64,000 nt of DNA, from assembly GCA_910578565.1 (NCBI GenBank), contig CAJTQF010000004.1:2170-66169 (forward strand). The letters are read 5' to 3'. Positions 44,801 to 55,900 of the stretch are shown here, piece after piece (positions within the stretch are counted from its first letter, which is position 1; every line of letters starts with the position of its first letter). The translations under genes and the position numbers were made by a program. A model generated the notes under the pieces. That model ran no database searches. It saw nothing but the letters and a program-made list of their open reading frames with translations, and was not told the origin of the DNA. Source of the stretch: an uncultured Christensenella sp. (GTDB lineage Bacteria; Bacillota; Clostridia; Christensenellales; Borkfalkiaceae).

Positions 44801-46736
44801 AATTACAAAGCGAATAGTCATCATAATCATCGCTGTAATACTGGGATTGCTTGCGTTGCTGTATCTGTGCGGTGCGCTGAGTCAGTTATACAGGAACTAT
44901 GCGGACTGGAACAGTGCGGGCGGAGTTGTAGGCGTGACAATGGTTGAACCGGTAAACTGGAATCCGTTCGTGTGCATTGTGAAGGCTTTCTCTCCGGACG
45001 GGCTAAAAGGACTGTTCTCGATAGTGCTTGTCGGCGGACTGATTTTTGCACTTGTAAAATTGCACGATAGGTTTGATAGCAAGGATAGAGATCCGCGAGG
45101 ATTTGCCAAAAGTAAATCGGGCGCATACGGCACCGCATCGTGGATGACCAAGAAAGAAATTAAAGAGAACCTTGAAGTCGCAGAAATAGAAGGCGCTGAG
45201 GGTGTAATTCTCGGTGAGCTTGAGGGTAAGGCTGTGTGCATGCCCAAGGATACTAAACTCAACCGACACATAGCAGTCTTCGGTGCATCAGGTACAATGA
45301 AATCCAGAGCGGTAATCCGAAACGCATTGTTCCAAGCCTTGAAGCAGAATGAGTCTGTGGTGATAACCGATCCGAAAGGTGAGCTATACGGAGATACCGT
45401 AGAGCTGTATAAGAAAAATGGGTATGAGGTGAAAGTGTTTAACCTTGTTAATCCGGAACATAGCGACTCGTGGAACTGTATGTCTGACTTGGGCGGTGAT
45501 ACGCTGATGGCGCAAGTGCTGACCAACGTCATAATCGGGAATACCAGTTCAGGGAAGGGAGATCATTTCTGGGACAACGGTGAAGCCAATCTTTTGAAAG
45601 CATTGGTCTTACTCATCGATCAAGATAGGACGCGTGGCTTAGAGCTTAAGCATCTTCCTGCAGTCTATCAATTATTGACGCAAAACGGGGAACGTCAGCT
45701 CACAAGTCTTTTTGAGAAATTGCCGATTAATCATCCGGCGCGTGCACCATTCAATCTATTTTTGCAGTCTAGCGACACTGTTCGTTCCGGAATCGTTCTC
45801 GGTCTTGGCACGAGATTACAGGTATTGCAAAACAAGGCGGTTCAGGCAATCACCAGCAGTTCTGATATAGACCTGACGGCTCCTGCCAAACGTAAATGCG
45901 CCTATTACATAATTCTGAGCGACCAAGACACAACGATGTCATTTTTGTCTTCGCTGTTCTTTTCGTTCTTATTTATAAAACTGACTCGGTACGCAGATTC
46001 AAGAAAAAATAGGCGTTGCGATGTTCCCGTAAACCTGATACTCGATGAATTCAATAACGTTGGCAGAATTGGTGGAGCAGAGGACGGTTCTGACTTTGCC
46101 CGTTCACTTAGCGTGTGCCGTTCAAGAGACATAAGGGTTACGCTCGTTGTACAAAGTCTTGGACAACTGCAGAATCGGTATCCAAACAATCTTTGGGCTG
46201 AAATTGTTGGCAACTGCGATATACAACTGATGTTGGGTTGTACCGATGATGTTACTGCAGAATATTTCTCAGCCCGAAGCGGGGAAATGAGCATTCAGGT
46301 AGATTCGACGATGACGATGCGCAAAACGATTGCAATCGCTCAGATGATTCCTGAATACCGACATAACGAAGGACAAGGACGTAGAAAACTCTTGACACCC
46401 GATGAGGTGCTCAGATTACCGAATGAAGAGTTACTTTGTATAATTCGCGGGTGTAATATTCTCAAGCTTAATAAACTCGATTATATGAAACATCCTATAT
46501 CGAAGTTGATAAGTAAAATATCAGTATTCGATTACAATCCTAGGGCTTCGCCAAATAAACCACCGATAATGGAGGTCGTTCCTGAAACAGTTCCTGTTAC
46601 TGAAACTAAACCAGAATCAAAACCTGAAACTGAAACGGTTCCGGCGCCGTTACTTGAACAAATCGAACCGGAAAAAGTTAAGCCGAAGAAATTGAAAAAA
46701 CTTTACTCTTCGGCAACCCCGCCAAGCGATTTTTAA
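44787..46736 (+). CDS. VirD4/TraG-like type IV coupling protein
   Basis: TTG start after AGGAGG and two N-terminal TMs. The P-loop is FGASGTMKSR and Walker B is LILDEFNNVG. It has the TraG-type HFWDNGE region and a Pro/Glu/Thr-rich C-terminal tail. Confidence 0.8.
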   Translation: MKKIKITKRIVIIIIAVILGLLALLYLCGALSQLYRNYADWNSAGGVVGVTMVEPVNWNPFVCIVKAFSPDGLKGLFSIVLVGGLIFALVKLHDRFDSKDRDPRGFAKSKSGAYGTASWMTKKEIKENLEVAEIEGAEGVILGELEGKAVCMPKDTKLNRHIAVFGASGTMKSRAVIRNALFQALKQNESVVITDPKGELYGDTVELYKKNGYEVKVFNLVNPEHSDSWNCMSDLGGDTLMAQVLTNVIIGNTSSGKGDHFWDNGEANLLKALVLLIDQDRTRGLELKHLPAVYQLLTQNGERQLTSLFEKLPINHPARAPFNLFLQSSDTVRSGIVLGLGTRLQVLQNKAVQAITSSSDIDLTAPAKRKCAYYIILSDQDTTMSFLSSLFFSFLFIKLTRYADSRKNRRCDVPVNLILDEFNNVGRIGGAEDGSDFARSLSVCRSRDIRVTLVVQSLGQLQNRYPNNLWAEIVGNCDIQLMLGCTDDVTAEYFSARSGEMSIQVDSTMTMRKTIAIAQMIPEYRHNEGQGRRKLLTPDEVLRLPNEELLCIIRGCNILKLNKLDYMKHPISKLISKISVFDYNPRASPNKPPIMEVVPETVPVTETKPESKPETETVPAPLLEQIEPEKVKPKKLKKLYSSATPPSDF

Positions 46737-46825
46737 CTTGGCAGTTTCTAAATCAGTATTACGCTCATCTTTGCCGATGGGCGTTTTATTATAAAAAAAT
46801 TTTAAATTTAAAGGAGAACTTTATT

Positions 46826-48022
46826 ATGGCAAACAAAACTAAAAAAGAAAAGAACAACGAAATCGAACCCCAGACCGAAATCGAAATTGTAGCAATGCAG
46901 GAAGAGAGTGCAGCCGCGTCAGCGGAGGATTTGATTCCTAATACCGAAACGGACGTGAATATGGAAATAGGAAAGCCCGCAGTAAATCTGAATAACGAAT
47001 CCGAACCGGAAGGAGTGACCGAAAAGAAACAAGCCAAGCGTAAGAAGAAAAGCGAAGATCAGAATGAGTCTATCGCAGAGTCGGACGCAACTCCCAAGAA
47101 AAAGCCCGAAAAGAAACGCACTTCCGTAAAACCGATTCAGGTAATATCCATCGACGAACAGCGCAGCGTAGAAACGGAGGCGGATAAGGAAAAGAATGAC
47201 TTGATTGACCTTATGGAATCTCTGCGCGTCGGCAAAGTTCTTGTGGGAACCATTCAGGGCGTGGAACGTTCGTCCGACAATCATTCTATGGCAGTCATAT
47301 ATCACGGTGCATTCAAAATCGTTATCCCTGCGGAAGAGGCGGTAATTCCTCCCGACGACTATCGAGACCAGAATCCCGCCGACGTTTTGCATTATCTGCT
47401 GACCAAACGTCTCGGTGCCGAAGTAGACTTCATTGTCAAGGGCATCGATAAGGACGCTAACGTCGCAGTGGCAAGCCGCTTGGACGCAATGAAATCCAAG
47501 CGTAAGCAGTATTATTTCGGTACCGACAGGGAAGGCAACAATCTTCTGTATTCCGGTCAGTGCGCCGAGGCACGTGTCGTATCGGTTATACGCGCCGGCA
47601 TTTTCGTGGACATCTTTGGTTTGGAAGTTTATATCCCACTCCGCGAGCTGAGCTATCAGCGCATTATGAATGCTGCAGAGTACTTCAGACCGGGACAGAG
47701 AATTCTCGTAAAGATTTTGGAACTCGACAGAACCGATAAGAACAATATTAAGGTTACGGCATCGGTCAAGCAGTCGGCAGAGAATCCGTATGAGAAAGCG
47801 CTTCGCCGTTACGTTGTGGATAACCGCTATGTTGGCACGGTAAGTATGGTTGATACTAACGGGGTATTCGTCGCTCTCGACGGAGGCGTCGATTGTCTGT
47901 GCAGTTATCCCAAGCGCGGCAGACCGCCCAGAGGTGCAAGAGTAACAGTTCGTATTCTCGGTATCAGTCACGAAACGAACCGTATTTGGGGTGCGATTAC
48001 TCACATAGCAACGCCCAATTAA
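46826..48022 (+). CDS. S1 (OB-fold) domain repeat protein with an acidic/lysine-rich disordered N-terminus
   Basis: AAGGAG RBS. Three S1-like units were recognised by eye: VGKVLVGTIQGVE..., GQCAEARVVSVIRAGIFVDIFGLEVYIPLRELS...RILVKILELD, and YVGTVSMVDTNGVFVALDGGVDCL...RVTVRILGI. Confidence 0.6.
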   Translation: MANKTKKEKNNEIEPQTEIEIVAMQEESAAASAEDLIPNTETDVNMEIGKPAVNLNNESEPEGVTEKKQAKRKKKSEDQNESIAESDATPKKKPEKKRTSVKPIQVISIDEQRSVETEADKEKNDLIDLMESLRVGKVLVGTIQGVERSSDNHSMAVIYHGAFKIVIPAEEAVIPPDDYRDQNPADVLHYLLTKRLGAEVDFIVKGIDKDANVAVASRLDAMKSKRKQYYFGTDREGNNLLYSGQCAEARVVSVIRAGIFVDIFGLEVYIPLRELSYQRIMNAAEYFRPGQRILVKILELDRTDKNNIKVTASVKQSAENPYEKALRRYVVDNRYVGTVSMVDTNGVFVALDGGVDCLCSYPKRGRPPRGARVTVRILGISHETNRIWGAITHIATPN

Positions 48023-48041
48023 AAATCAAGGAGGGTACTAA

Positions 48042-51000
48042 ATGAAAGTAAAAACAAAGAAAAATCTTGTAATCGGGATGATGATTGTGCTTGCCTCGCT
48101 GTTATGCAGCGGGGTGGGTATATTGTGCGTTAATCGTACTACAGCACATGCTGCAAGTAATACGGGCATTCAAACGTTTACGGGCACCGAATATAATAAT
48201 CATTATGTTTCATCAACATTGTTTAATCCTAAACCCGAACCAACAGATTATAGCGAAACAATTTCACGGAATACAGGTATTAAAATCTATGGGACGACCA
48301 ACAACGGAAGTTCTTTGTCTACAAACTATCTCAAATCTGACAGTTCTACAATCTGTGTAGATTTCACAAACGCCGCTGATTTATATTTTCCGTCAGACAA
48401 ATATATGACGTATTACGACAAAAACTATTCGTTTCAGATTTTAAGTGGTAGCACAGTAAAATGGCAAGCCACTTATACAGGCTCTTCGTATAGTCAGGTT
48501 ACGGGCAAAGATGAAAACGGCAACGATGTTACGACAACTTACTATACAAAGATTCTCGATATCAACGGTCGCTCAACAACGACGACAAGCACGGATAGCT
48601 CATTAAGGCTTTTCGACCCTGCCGAGTTTGGATCAAACATTGTTTCGTTGAATGATGGTACTTATACTATTAAAATCAGCCGTTCGTATTTTTGGAGTAA
48701 AAAAGTGGGTTCGAGTTTTATTATCTTTCCAAATGTTCGCTACGACTCCACTTCTACTTTGACAGGAACGCTCAATGTTGATACAACTTCGCCGACGCTT
48801 ACTATGCGCGGTTATTCCAGCGGAAGCACGATAGCAAACGGCTCATATAAGAATGAGCGCGTTACCTTTACGGCGTCCGACAGGAACCATAACAGACTCT
48901 ATTACAAGACGCCTACAAGCAGCAATTATAGTTACACAACGGGCAACACCTATACGAGCGGAACGACGAACGGTTGGTATTACGTTTATGCGGAAGACAC
49001 TATGGGACACCGCAGCCCCGAATACTCGTTCTACTATGACAACACCGCGCCTACGGGCAGAGTGTACTCGAACGGAACGAGCATAGCGAGCGGTGCATAT
49101 ATCTCGAAAGCGTTTTCGTATTCTGCAACCGACAACGGCAGCGGCGTAGTGAACATTTACTACAAGACGCCCGTGAGCGGAACTTATCAGTCGTATTCTT
49201 CGGGAACGGTAATCCCCGCAAATTCGGGCGACGGTTGGTATTATTTCTACACGGTTGACCGCTGCGGCAATCAGTCTGCGACAACGAGCGTTTATCTCGA
49301 AACGCAAGCCCCGCTCGTTGAAATTTACCGCAACGACGAACTTGCATACAGCAAGACGGTTACGGGCGCGGGAACGTTCGATACCGATATTTATCTGAAC
49401 CCTAACGACAAGTTGAGAATATCGTGCGATACGTCTTCGGGTAAGGTAACGAGCAATTATGCGCTTGACACGAATATCACGATAGGCAGCGCATATTCGG
49501 GCAGTAATTACACGATTACGCTCACGAGCGCAACGGGAATTACGAGCAATTTTACCTATCATATCGTCCGCAGCAAGCCCACGATCACCATTGACGGAAA
49601 GACCTATTCTTCGGGTAGTACGTTGCATTTTAACTCGGATAAGCCCGTCCGTTTCAACGATGATTCCGTTATCACGAACAGCGGCAATACGGGCGCGACG
49701 GTAAGCTCGGAGGGCAACGTCAATCTGAACGAACACATTACTTATGCAAGCGGCAGCGGTAAGACCTTGACTACGGCAAGCGGCACGGAAACGAAATACA
49801 TACTCACACTAAACGACAGAGCAGGAAACGTAAGCCGTTTTACCGTGTTTATCGACAAGCTCGCACCTGTCGGCGTATGGAAAACGGACGGCGCAACGTT
49901 ACCCAACGGCGGTTACACGAATAAGCCCCTTTCGTTCAATATTACCGAAGCGGGAGTAACGGCTACATACTCTTATAACGGCGGCGAATATGTCGCATAT
50001 ACGAGCGGAAAGACCTTGACGGCAGACGGGACCTATCACGTCGTATTGACCGACTTGGCGGGCAATAAAAGCACATTTACCGCTCATATCGACACGGTTG
50101 CGCCTACGGGACAAATCTATGCGAATAATCAGCCCGTACAAAGCGGAACTATCACGAACAAAAGCGTGTTCTTCTCGTGGGACGGCGACATTACAGCAAC
50201 CGTAAACGGTATGCCTTACACGAAAAACAGCGTGCTTTCCGAAGATTCGGTATATCACTTTATACTTACCGACTTGGCGAACAACTCTACCGAATACGTC
50301 ATCACGATTGATACTGTAGCCCCGACATACAATGCGGACAAGCTCAACGGTTCGCAGCAGCTTATATCCAAATGGTATGTAGCGACAATCGGGGATAAGC
50401 AATATTCGTTTGCAACCTATGCCGAAGCGTTGGCGTTCGCTTGTAATAGCGAGTTCAACCAAAGCGTAATCGTGCTTGTGCTTAACGACGTTTCGGATTT
50501 CAAACAGCATCACTTGGTAGCTAACGGTGACGAGATAAGAGAGGGCGAGTATTGGCTGTATAAATCCAAAGCAAACCCCGACAGTCTTTTGTACTATTTT
50601 AACCGTAAGGGCTTGGATGAAGTGGTGGCGCATTATGCAAAGGAAAACGTATCCGCAGTCAATTACTTTTCGCTTGACGACGAAAACGTGTACGGAGAAG
50701 TTTCGGGAAGCATGAGCGACAACTTGTTTACTGCGCCGAACGGAACAAAAGCGCCGCTTTTGAACGGCTTTGTATTCGATAAAGCAGACGGCTCAGAACT
50801 GTTTGCACAACTTGTCAGCGGTAACGGTGAAAACGTGAAAATCGAATACGGAATTGCGTTCGATAAGCAAATTACCATTGGCGGACTTTACAAATTTATC
50901 GAACGCGACGAAGCGGGCAATGAAACCGTATTCTACGGATTTATGGACGTGCTTGCGCCCGAACTAAAAGCGGACGTCACCGTTATCGGCGAAGAAATGC

Positions 51001-52895
51001 CTACCGAAATACTCATTACGAAAGACGGACTGTCGGGTATTGCAGCGTACTACTACAAACGTTTTGCGGTCAAGGAAATCGTCGATGCGGATGCTTGGGC
51101 GGTGCTTGTAATTGAAAATAACGGTAAGGTTTATCACTATACCCACGGCGACGAGCTTCCTTGCTTGGAAGTCGGCGGTGAATATACCGTGTCGCTATAC
51201 GACAGACTCGGTAATGGGTATTCGTTTACGGTTTACATCATCGGCAATCCTGCGTTGATTGATTTTGAGAACAACGACGACGATACGGCATTCGATATTA
51301 CCATTACGCTCGAACAGAAATTCGATACGGTTGTTTCGCTTGAAATTAAGAGAAATGGCGAAACACTCAACGGCGTTACGACGGACAAATTTCAGTATTT
51401 GTTTGACCGCACCGGCGTTTATACCGTAATTCTGCGCGACAACTTCGGGCGGGTAATCGAAAAGGAATATACGTTCAACAAGGCTTTACCTATCGGAACG
51501 CTCGACGGCGTTGAAAGCGACGGCAAGACTAAAACGGACGTAACATTTACTTATGATAATTCTAAATATAGCGTAGCCGTTACAAAAGACGGCAAAGCGG
51601 TAGAAACAGAAAATAGCGGCAAACTTGTATTTACGGCTAACGATAAAAACAGCGGAAGTTATGATATTCGCTTAACGAGAATTACGGACGAGGAAAACTT
51701 CACAGACTACACATTCGTTATTAATACGCTTGCGCCCGATTTCAGTATGAGCGTTGCTGATAAAGCGACAACTAATAAGAACGTAACCATAACTTGGACG
51801 GCGACGGATATTGTATCCGTAACCTATTCCTTGAACGGTGGTGAAGCGGTAGAGATTGAGAACGGCACGGTGCTTACTGCCGAAGGCAACTATACCGTAA
51901 CGGCAACCAACGACTTGGGAACGGTAAGTGTAAAGACTTTTACTATCGACAGGACGCTTGACTATGATGTGATTATCAATGACGCTGAAACTTTTGGCGT
52001 TGATACGACTAATAGCAATGTAACCGTGATCAATAATGAGCCGTTGTATGTGAGTGTAAGTAAGAATGGCGCGCCGTTTGAGTTCATATTCGGACAGGTG
52101 CTTTCAGGAGAAGGGTTATATATTTTCCGCATCTCTGACGATTATAACAATTCGACTTCGTTCACTATTGTTATTGACAAATCGGTGGACGTAGAAGCCA
52201 ACGTGGGCAACGGCGTGATTTCAAACGAAGATGTAATTATTAGCGCAGGCGAAAAAGTAAACCTTATCGCAACCAAAGATGGCATAGAATATTCTTATGC
52301 GCTTGGTACGGCTATCACAGACGAAGGTTTCTATAAGTTTACAGTTTACGATTCTTTCGGTAATGAAAAATCGCTTTCTTTCCAAATCGTAAAGGGAACG
52401 AAAACAAAGCTCGACTATACGCTTAGCGACAGCGTGGAAATTGTATCCATTGATCGCGACGGTGAAGCGGTTTTGGCGGACGGAAACAGGCTGAACTTTA
52501 CCATCGACGGAACTTATACCGTAGTGTGCAAGTCCGAAGGCAAAGAATATACCTTTATGCTTTCACTTGATACTACCGCACCGACTATAAGTCTGAACGG
52601 AATTGAGGATGGCGGTAAGGGTAACGTAACAGTTACAATTACTGATTTATCCGAAGCTGGAACGGTGGAAATATACAAGGACGGCGAGAAAATCGAATAC
52701 GAACTTGGTAGCGAAATTAAAGAATACGGAAGCTATGAAGTTCGTGTATGCGATGAGCTCGGCAACGAGAGAACGTATAGTTTTGTTTTAAGTTATAAGA
52801 TGAGTGGGGGAATAATTGCTCTTATTACAATGTGTTGCATGGCAGCAGTAGGTGTAGGTTTATTTTTCTTCATTAAAAAATACAAAAGACACTAA
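48042..52895 (+). CDS. giant secreted surface protein, paralog 1 (1,617 aa; Ig-like repeat adhesin candidate; C-terminal TM anchor)
   Basis: AAGGAGG RBS and a signal peptide ending AHA-AS. At least 9 units of about 90-130 aa are each introduced by D-x-x-AP-[TVELD]. The C-terminus is YKMSGGIIALITMCCMAAVGVGLFFFIKKYKRH. Confidence 0.7.
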   Translation: MKVKTKKNLVIGMMIVLASLLCSGVGILCVNRTTAHAASNTGIQTFTGTEYNNHYVSSTLFNPKPEPTDYSETISRNTGIKIYGTTNNGSSLSTNYLKSDSSTICVDFTNAADLYFPSDKYMTYYDKNYSFQILSGSTVKWQATYTGSSYSQVTGKDENGNDVTTTYYTKILDINGRSTTTTSTDSSLRLFDPAEFGSNIVSLNDGTYTIKISRSYFWSKKVGSSFIIFPNVRYDSTSTLTGTLNVDTTSPTLTMRGYSSGSTIANGSYKNERVTFTASDRNHNRLYYKTPTSSNYSYTTGNTYTSGTTNGWYYVYAEDTMGHRSPEYSFYYDNTAPTGRVYSNGTSIASGAYISKAFSYSATDNGSGVVNIYYKTPVSGTYQSYSSGTVIPANSGDGWYYFYTVDRCGNQSATTSVYLETQAPLVEIYRNDELAYSKTVTGAGTFDTDIYLNPNDKLRISCDTSSGKVTSNYALDTNITIGSAYSGSNYTITLTSATGITSNFTYHIVRSKPTITIDGKTYSSGSTLHFNSDKPVRFNDDSVITNSGNTGATVSSEGNVNLNEHITYASGSGKTLTTASGTETKYILTLNDRAGNVSRFTVFIDKLAPVGVWKTDGATLPNGGYTNKPLSFNITEAGVTATYSYNGGEYVAYTSGKTLTADGTYHVVLTDLAGNKSTFTAHIDTVAPTGQIYANNQPVQSGTITNKSVFFSWDGDITATVNGMPYTKNSVLSEDSVYHFILTDLANNSTEYVITIDTVAPTYNADKLNGSQQLISKWYVATIGDKQYSFATYAEALAFACNSEFNQSVIVLVLNDVSDFKQHHLVANGDEIREGEYWLYKSKANPDSLLYYFNRKGLDEVVAHYAKENVSAVNYFSLDDENVYGEVSGSMSDNLFTAPNGTKAPLLNGFVFDKADGSELFAQLVSGNGENVKIEYGIAFDKQITIGGLYKFIERDEAGNETVFYGFMDVLAPELKADVTVIGEEMPTEILITKDGLSGIAAYYYKRFAVKEIVDADAWAVLVIENNGKVYHYTHGDELPCLEVGGEYTVSLYDRLGNGYSFTVYIIGNPALIDFENNDDDTAFDITITLEQKFDTVVSLEIKRNGETLNGVTTDKFQYLFDRTGVYTVILRDNFGRVIEKEYTFNKALPIGTLDGVESDGKTKTDVTFTYDNSKYSVAVTKDGKAVETENSGKLVFTANDKNSGSYDIRLTRITDEENFTDYTFVINTLAPDFSMSVADKATTNKNVTITWTATDIVSVTYSLNGGEAVEIENGTVLTAEGNYTVTATNDLGTVSVKTFTIDRTLDYDVIINDAETFGVDTTNSNVTVINNEPLYVSVSKNGAPFEFIFGQVLSGEGLYIFRISDDYNNSTSFTIVIDKSVDVEANVGNGVISNEDVIISAGEKVNLIATKDGIEYSYALGTAITDEGFYKFTVYDSFGNEKSLSFQIVKGTKTKLDYTLSDSVEIVSIDRDGEAVLADGNRLNFTIDGTYTVVCKSEGKEYTFMLSLDTTAPTISLNGIEDGGKGNVTVTITDLSEAGTVEIYKDGEKIEYELGSEIKEYGSYEVRVCDELGNERTYSFVLSYKMSGGIIALITMCCMAAVGVGLFFFIKKYKRH

Positions 52896-52919
52896 AATAT
52901 TAAAATTTGACTTAAGATG

Positions 52920-52950
52920 AAGAAGCATCCCGAAGTTCGGGATGCTTCTT
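52920..52950 (+). terminator. hairpin between the two giant genes
   Basis: AAGAAGCATCCCGAA / TTCGGGATGCTTCTT is a 15-nt perfect inverted repeat. The tail is only moderately T-rich. Confidence 0.5.
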
Positions 52951-52977
52951 ATTAATTTTATAAATAGGAGATTTTTT

Positions 52978-55900
52978 ATGAAACTGAAAATGAAATTATA
53001 TATAATATTACCCACATTAATTTGTTTGGTGATTTTATGTGGGATAATAGGTTTTATGTCAGTAAAACCTTTGTATGCATCGGCGGCGAGTATTGCATCG
53101 GTACAGACACTAATGGAGACGGAGCATACTAAACATGACGTATTTGATAGTAATATGGATGATATTCATATTAATCCATATTCTGAATCAAAAACGGTTA
53201 AAACGGGTATACAGTTTTATTGTTCTGAGAATACGGGGACAACGACTTCAACAGCGGCGATAATACTTAATTCAAATTCTATAAATATCGACTTCACAAA
53301 TGCGCAGTCGTTATACCGTCCGGCGGCAGCACATCTGTATTTGGAAACAGGATATACGTTTAGTATAAAAAACAGTTCCGGTGCTACAGTTTGGTTTGCA
53401 AGTATGGCTGGGCGAATCGAATACGATATGTACACCGGCGAAGAAGTTTATCATAAACAAATAAACATAAATGGCTCAATAAAGAATTCACAAAGCCAAG
53501 ATTTCGGTTCATTACATTTTTTACCGTCAGAATTTGGTAATCAGCGTGTTTATTTGGATTACGGAAATTATACGATTGCAATATCGCGCACATATGAATG
53601 GACCGACATGGATTTTTATTGCGGTAATTCAATGATGTTTTCGACTTCAAACCTTTCTGGAATGCTAGTAATTGTTAGCGACAAAATTACTATGTCAATG
53701 AAAAGTGTCACAACGGATATAGAGATTGAAAATGGTGATTATGTAAACGATCGCGTAACCGTAACCGCAAGCAGCGGTTCGTTTCATAAATTGTATTATA
53801 AAACGCCTACGAGCAGTGTGTATTCGTCAACCACAAGCAAAACTTATACTACTTCTACAACGAACGGCTGGTATTATTTTTACGCCGAAAACGCTTTCGG
53901 AACAGCATCCGAAACGCTCTCGTTTTATTACGATAGTGTTGCACCTACGGGGACGATTCGCTCTAACGGGTCAGTCGTAACGAGCGGCGGTTGTGTTGGC
54001 AAGAGCTTTTCCTATTCGGCAACAGATAATGGTAGTGGCATATCAAAATTATATTGCAAAACACCCGTAAGTGGAATTTACGCGGAATATAGTTCAGGAA
54101 CTATATTCCCCGCCAACTCTGACGAAGGTTGGTATTACTTTTACGCCATAGATCGTAGCGGAAATCAATCCGCAACAGCATCCGTCTATCTTGAAAATAC
54201 CGCCCCGCACATTGAAATCTTCCGCAACGATAAACTTGCGTTCAGTAAAGATTTAAGCGTATCGGAAAACATTGATACCGATATTTATTTGAATCCAAAC
54301 GACCGAATAAAAGTAACCTGCGATACTTCTTCCGGCAGAGCGACCTGCAACTATACGCTTAATACAAATACAACGATAGGCAGCGCATATACGGATAGAC
54401 ACTACACAATTACGGTTACAAGCGCAACGGGAATTGTCGGCAATTTTACTTATCATATTGTGCGAAGTAAACCTATCATTATGATTGACGGTAATGGTTA
54501 CACGAGCGGTTCGACGCTTTACTTTAACTCGGATCAATCCGTATCGTTCATGGACGACACTATCATAGATGACAGTAAAGATACGGGAGCAACCGTGCAA
54601 TGGAACGGCAATTCGGAATTCTTTTCGTATAAAAGCGGCAACGGTAAAACACTTACAACCGCAAGCGGAACGGAAACAAGGTACAACCTGACCTTGAACG
54701 ACAGAGCCGGTAACGAAAGCACATTTACGGTCTACATAGACAAACTCGCACCCACAGGTAATTGGAAAAGCGACGGAACGAATTTACCGAACGGTGGATA
54801 TACGAATAAATCGCTCTCTTTCCACTTTACCGAAACGGGAACGACCGCAACGTATTCTCACAACGGTGGCGAATATAACACTTACGCAAGCGGCAGAACC
54901 TTAACGGCAGACGGAAGATACACCGTGATATTGACTGATCGTGCAAACAATAAAAGCACGTTCACGGCACATATTGATACCATTCCGCCGACAGGTCAAA
55001 TGTACGCAAACTATGCCCCTATCGGGAGCGGTGCGATTACGAACGGTAAGGTGTACTTTACTTGGGACGGAAATCTTACAGCGACCGTAAACGGTTCTTC
55101 TTATACGAAAAATACCGTACTTTCCAAAGACGGAACATATACGTTCAGATTGACCGATTCCGCTCAAAACACGGCAACATATAGTGTAACGATTGACACG
55201 ATAGCACCGACATATAATGCGGATAAATTGCAGTCGCAACCGAAAATGATTACGAGGTGGTATGTCGTCAAATTCGATGGAAAGAACTATTCTTTCGCCG
55301 ATTACAACGAAGCTCTTGCGTTCGCTTGCGATAAGGAGTTCAAAGCGAATGTAACCGTTCTTTCACTCGATAGATTAGAAGACTTTAATCAACACCACCT
55401 TGTCGTAGGCGGCGACGAAGTTCGTACAGGCACTTATTGGCTTTATAAATCGCAAGCTAATCCCGACAGCAGACTGTATTATTTTAACCGCGAAAGGTTA
55501 AACGGTGTTATAGCCTATTATGCAAAGAACAACGTTTCAACCGTTAACTATTTTACTCTTGACGGCGACAATGTTTACGGCGATTCTGCGGACAGCATGA
55601 GCGACAATGTATTTACTGCGCCGGACGGTGCAAGCGCACCCGTTCTAAATGGATTTGTGTTTGATAGAACCGACGGATCGGAAATGTTTGCGGAACTTAT
55701 GGGAGCAAGCGGAACGAGAATAAGAATTGAATACGGCATTGCGTTCGATGCACAAGTAACCGTAGGCGGATTGTACAAATTTACGGAACTTGACGAAGCG
55801 GGAAATGCAACCGTATTCTACGGATTTTTGGACTTGGTTGCACCCGAATTGAAAGTAACCGCAACGATTTACGGCAACGGCTCGGAAACCGAATTGTTCA

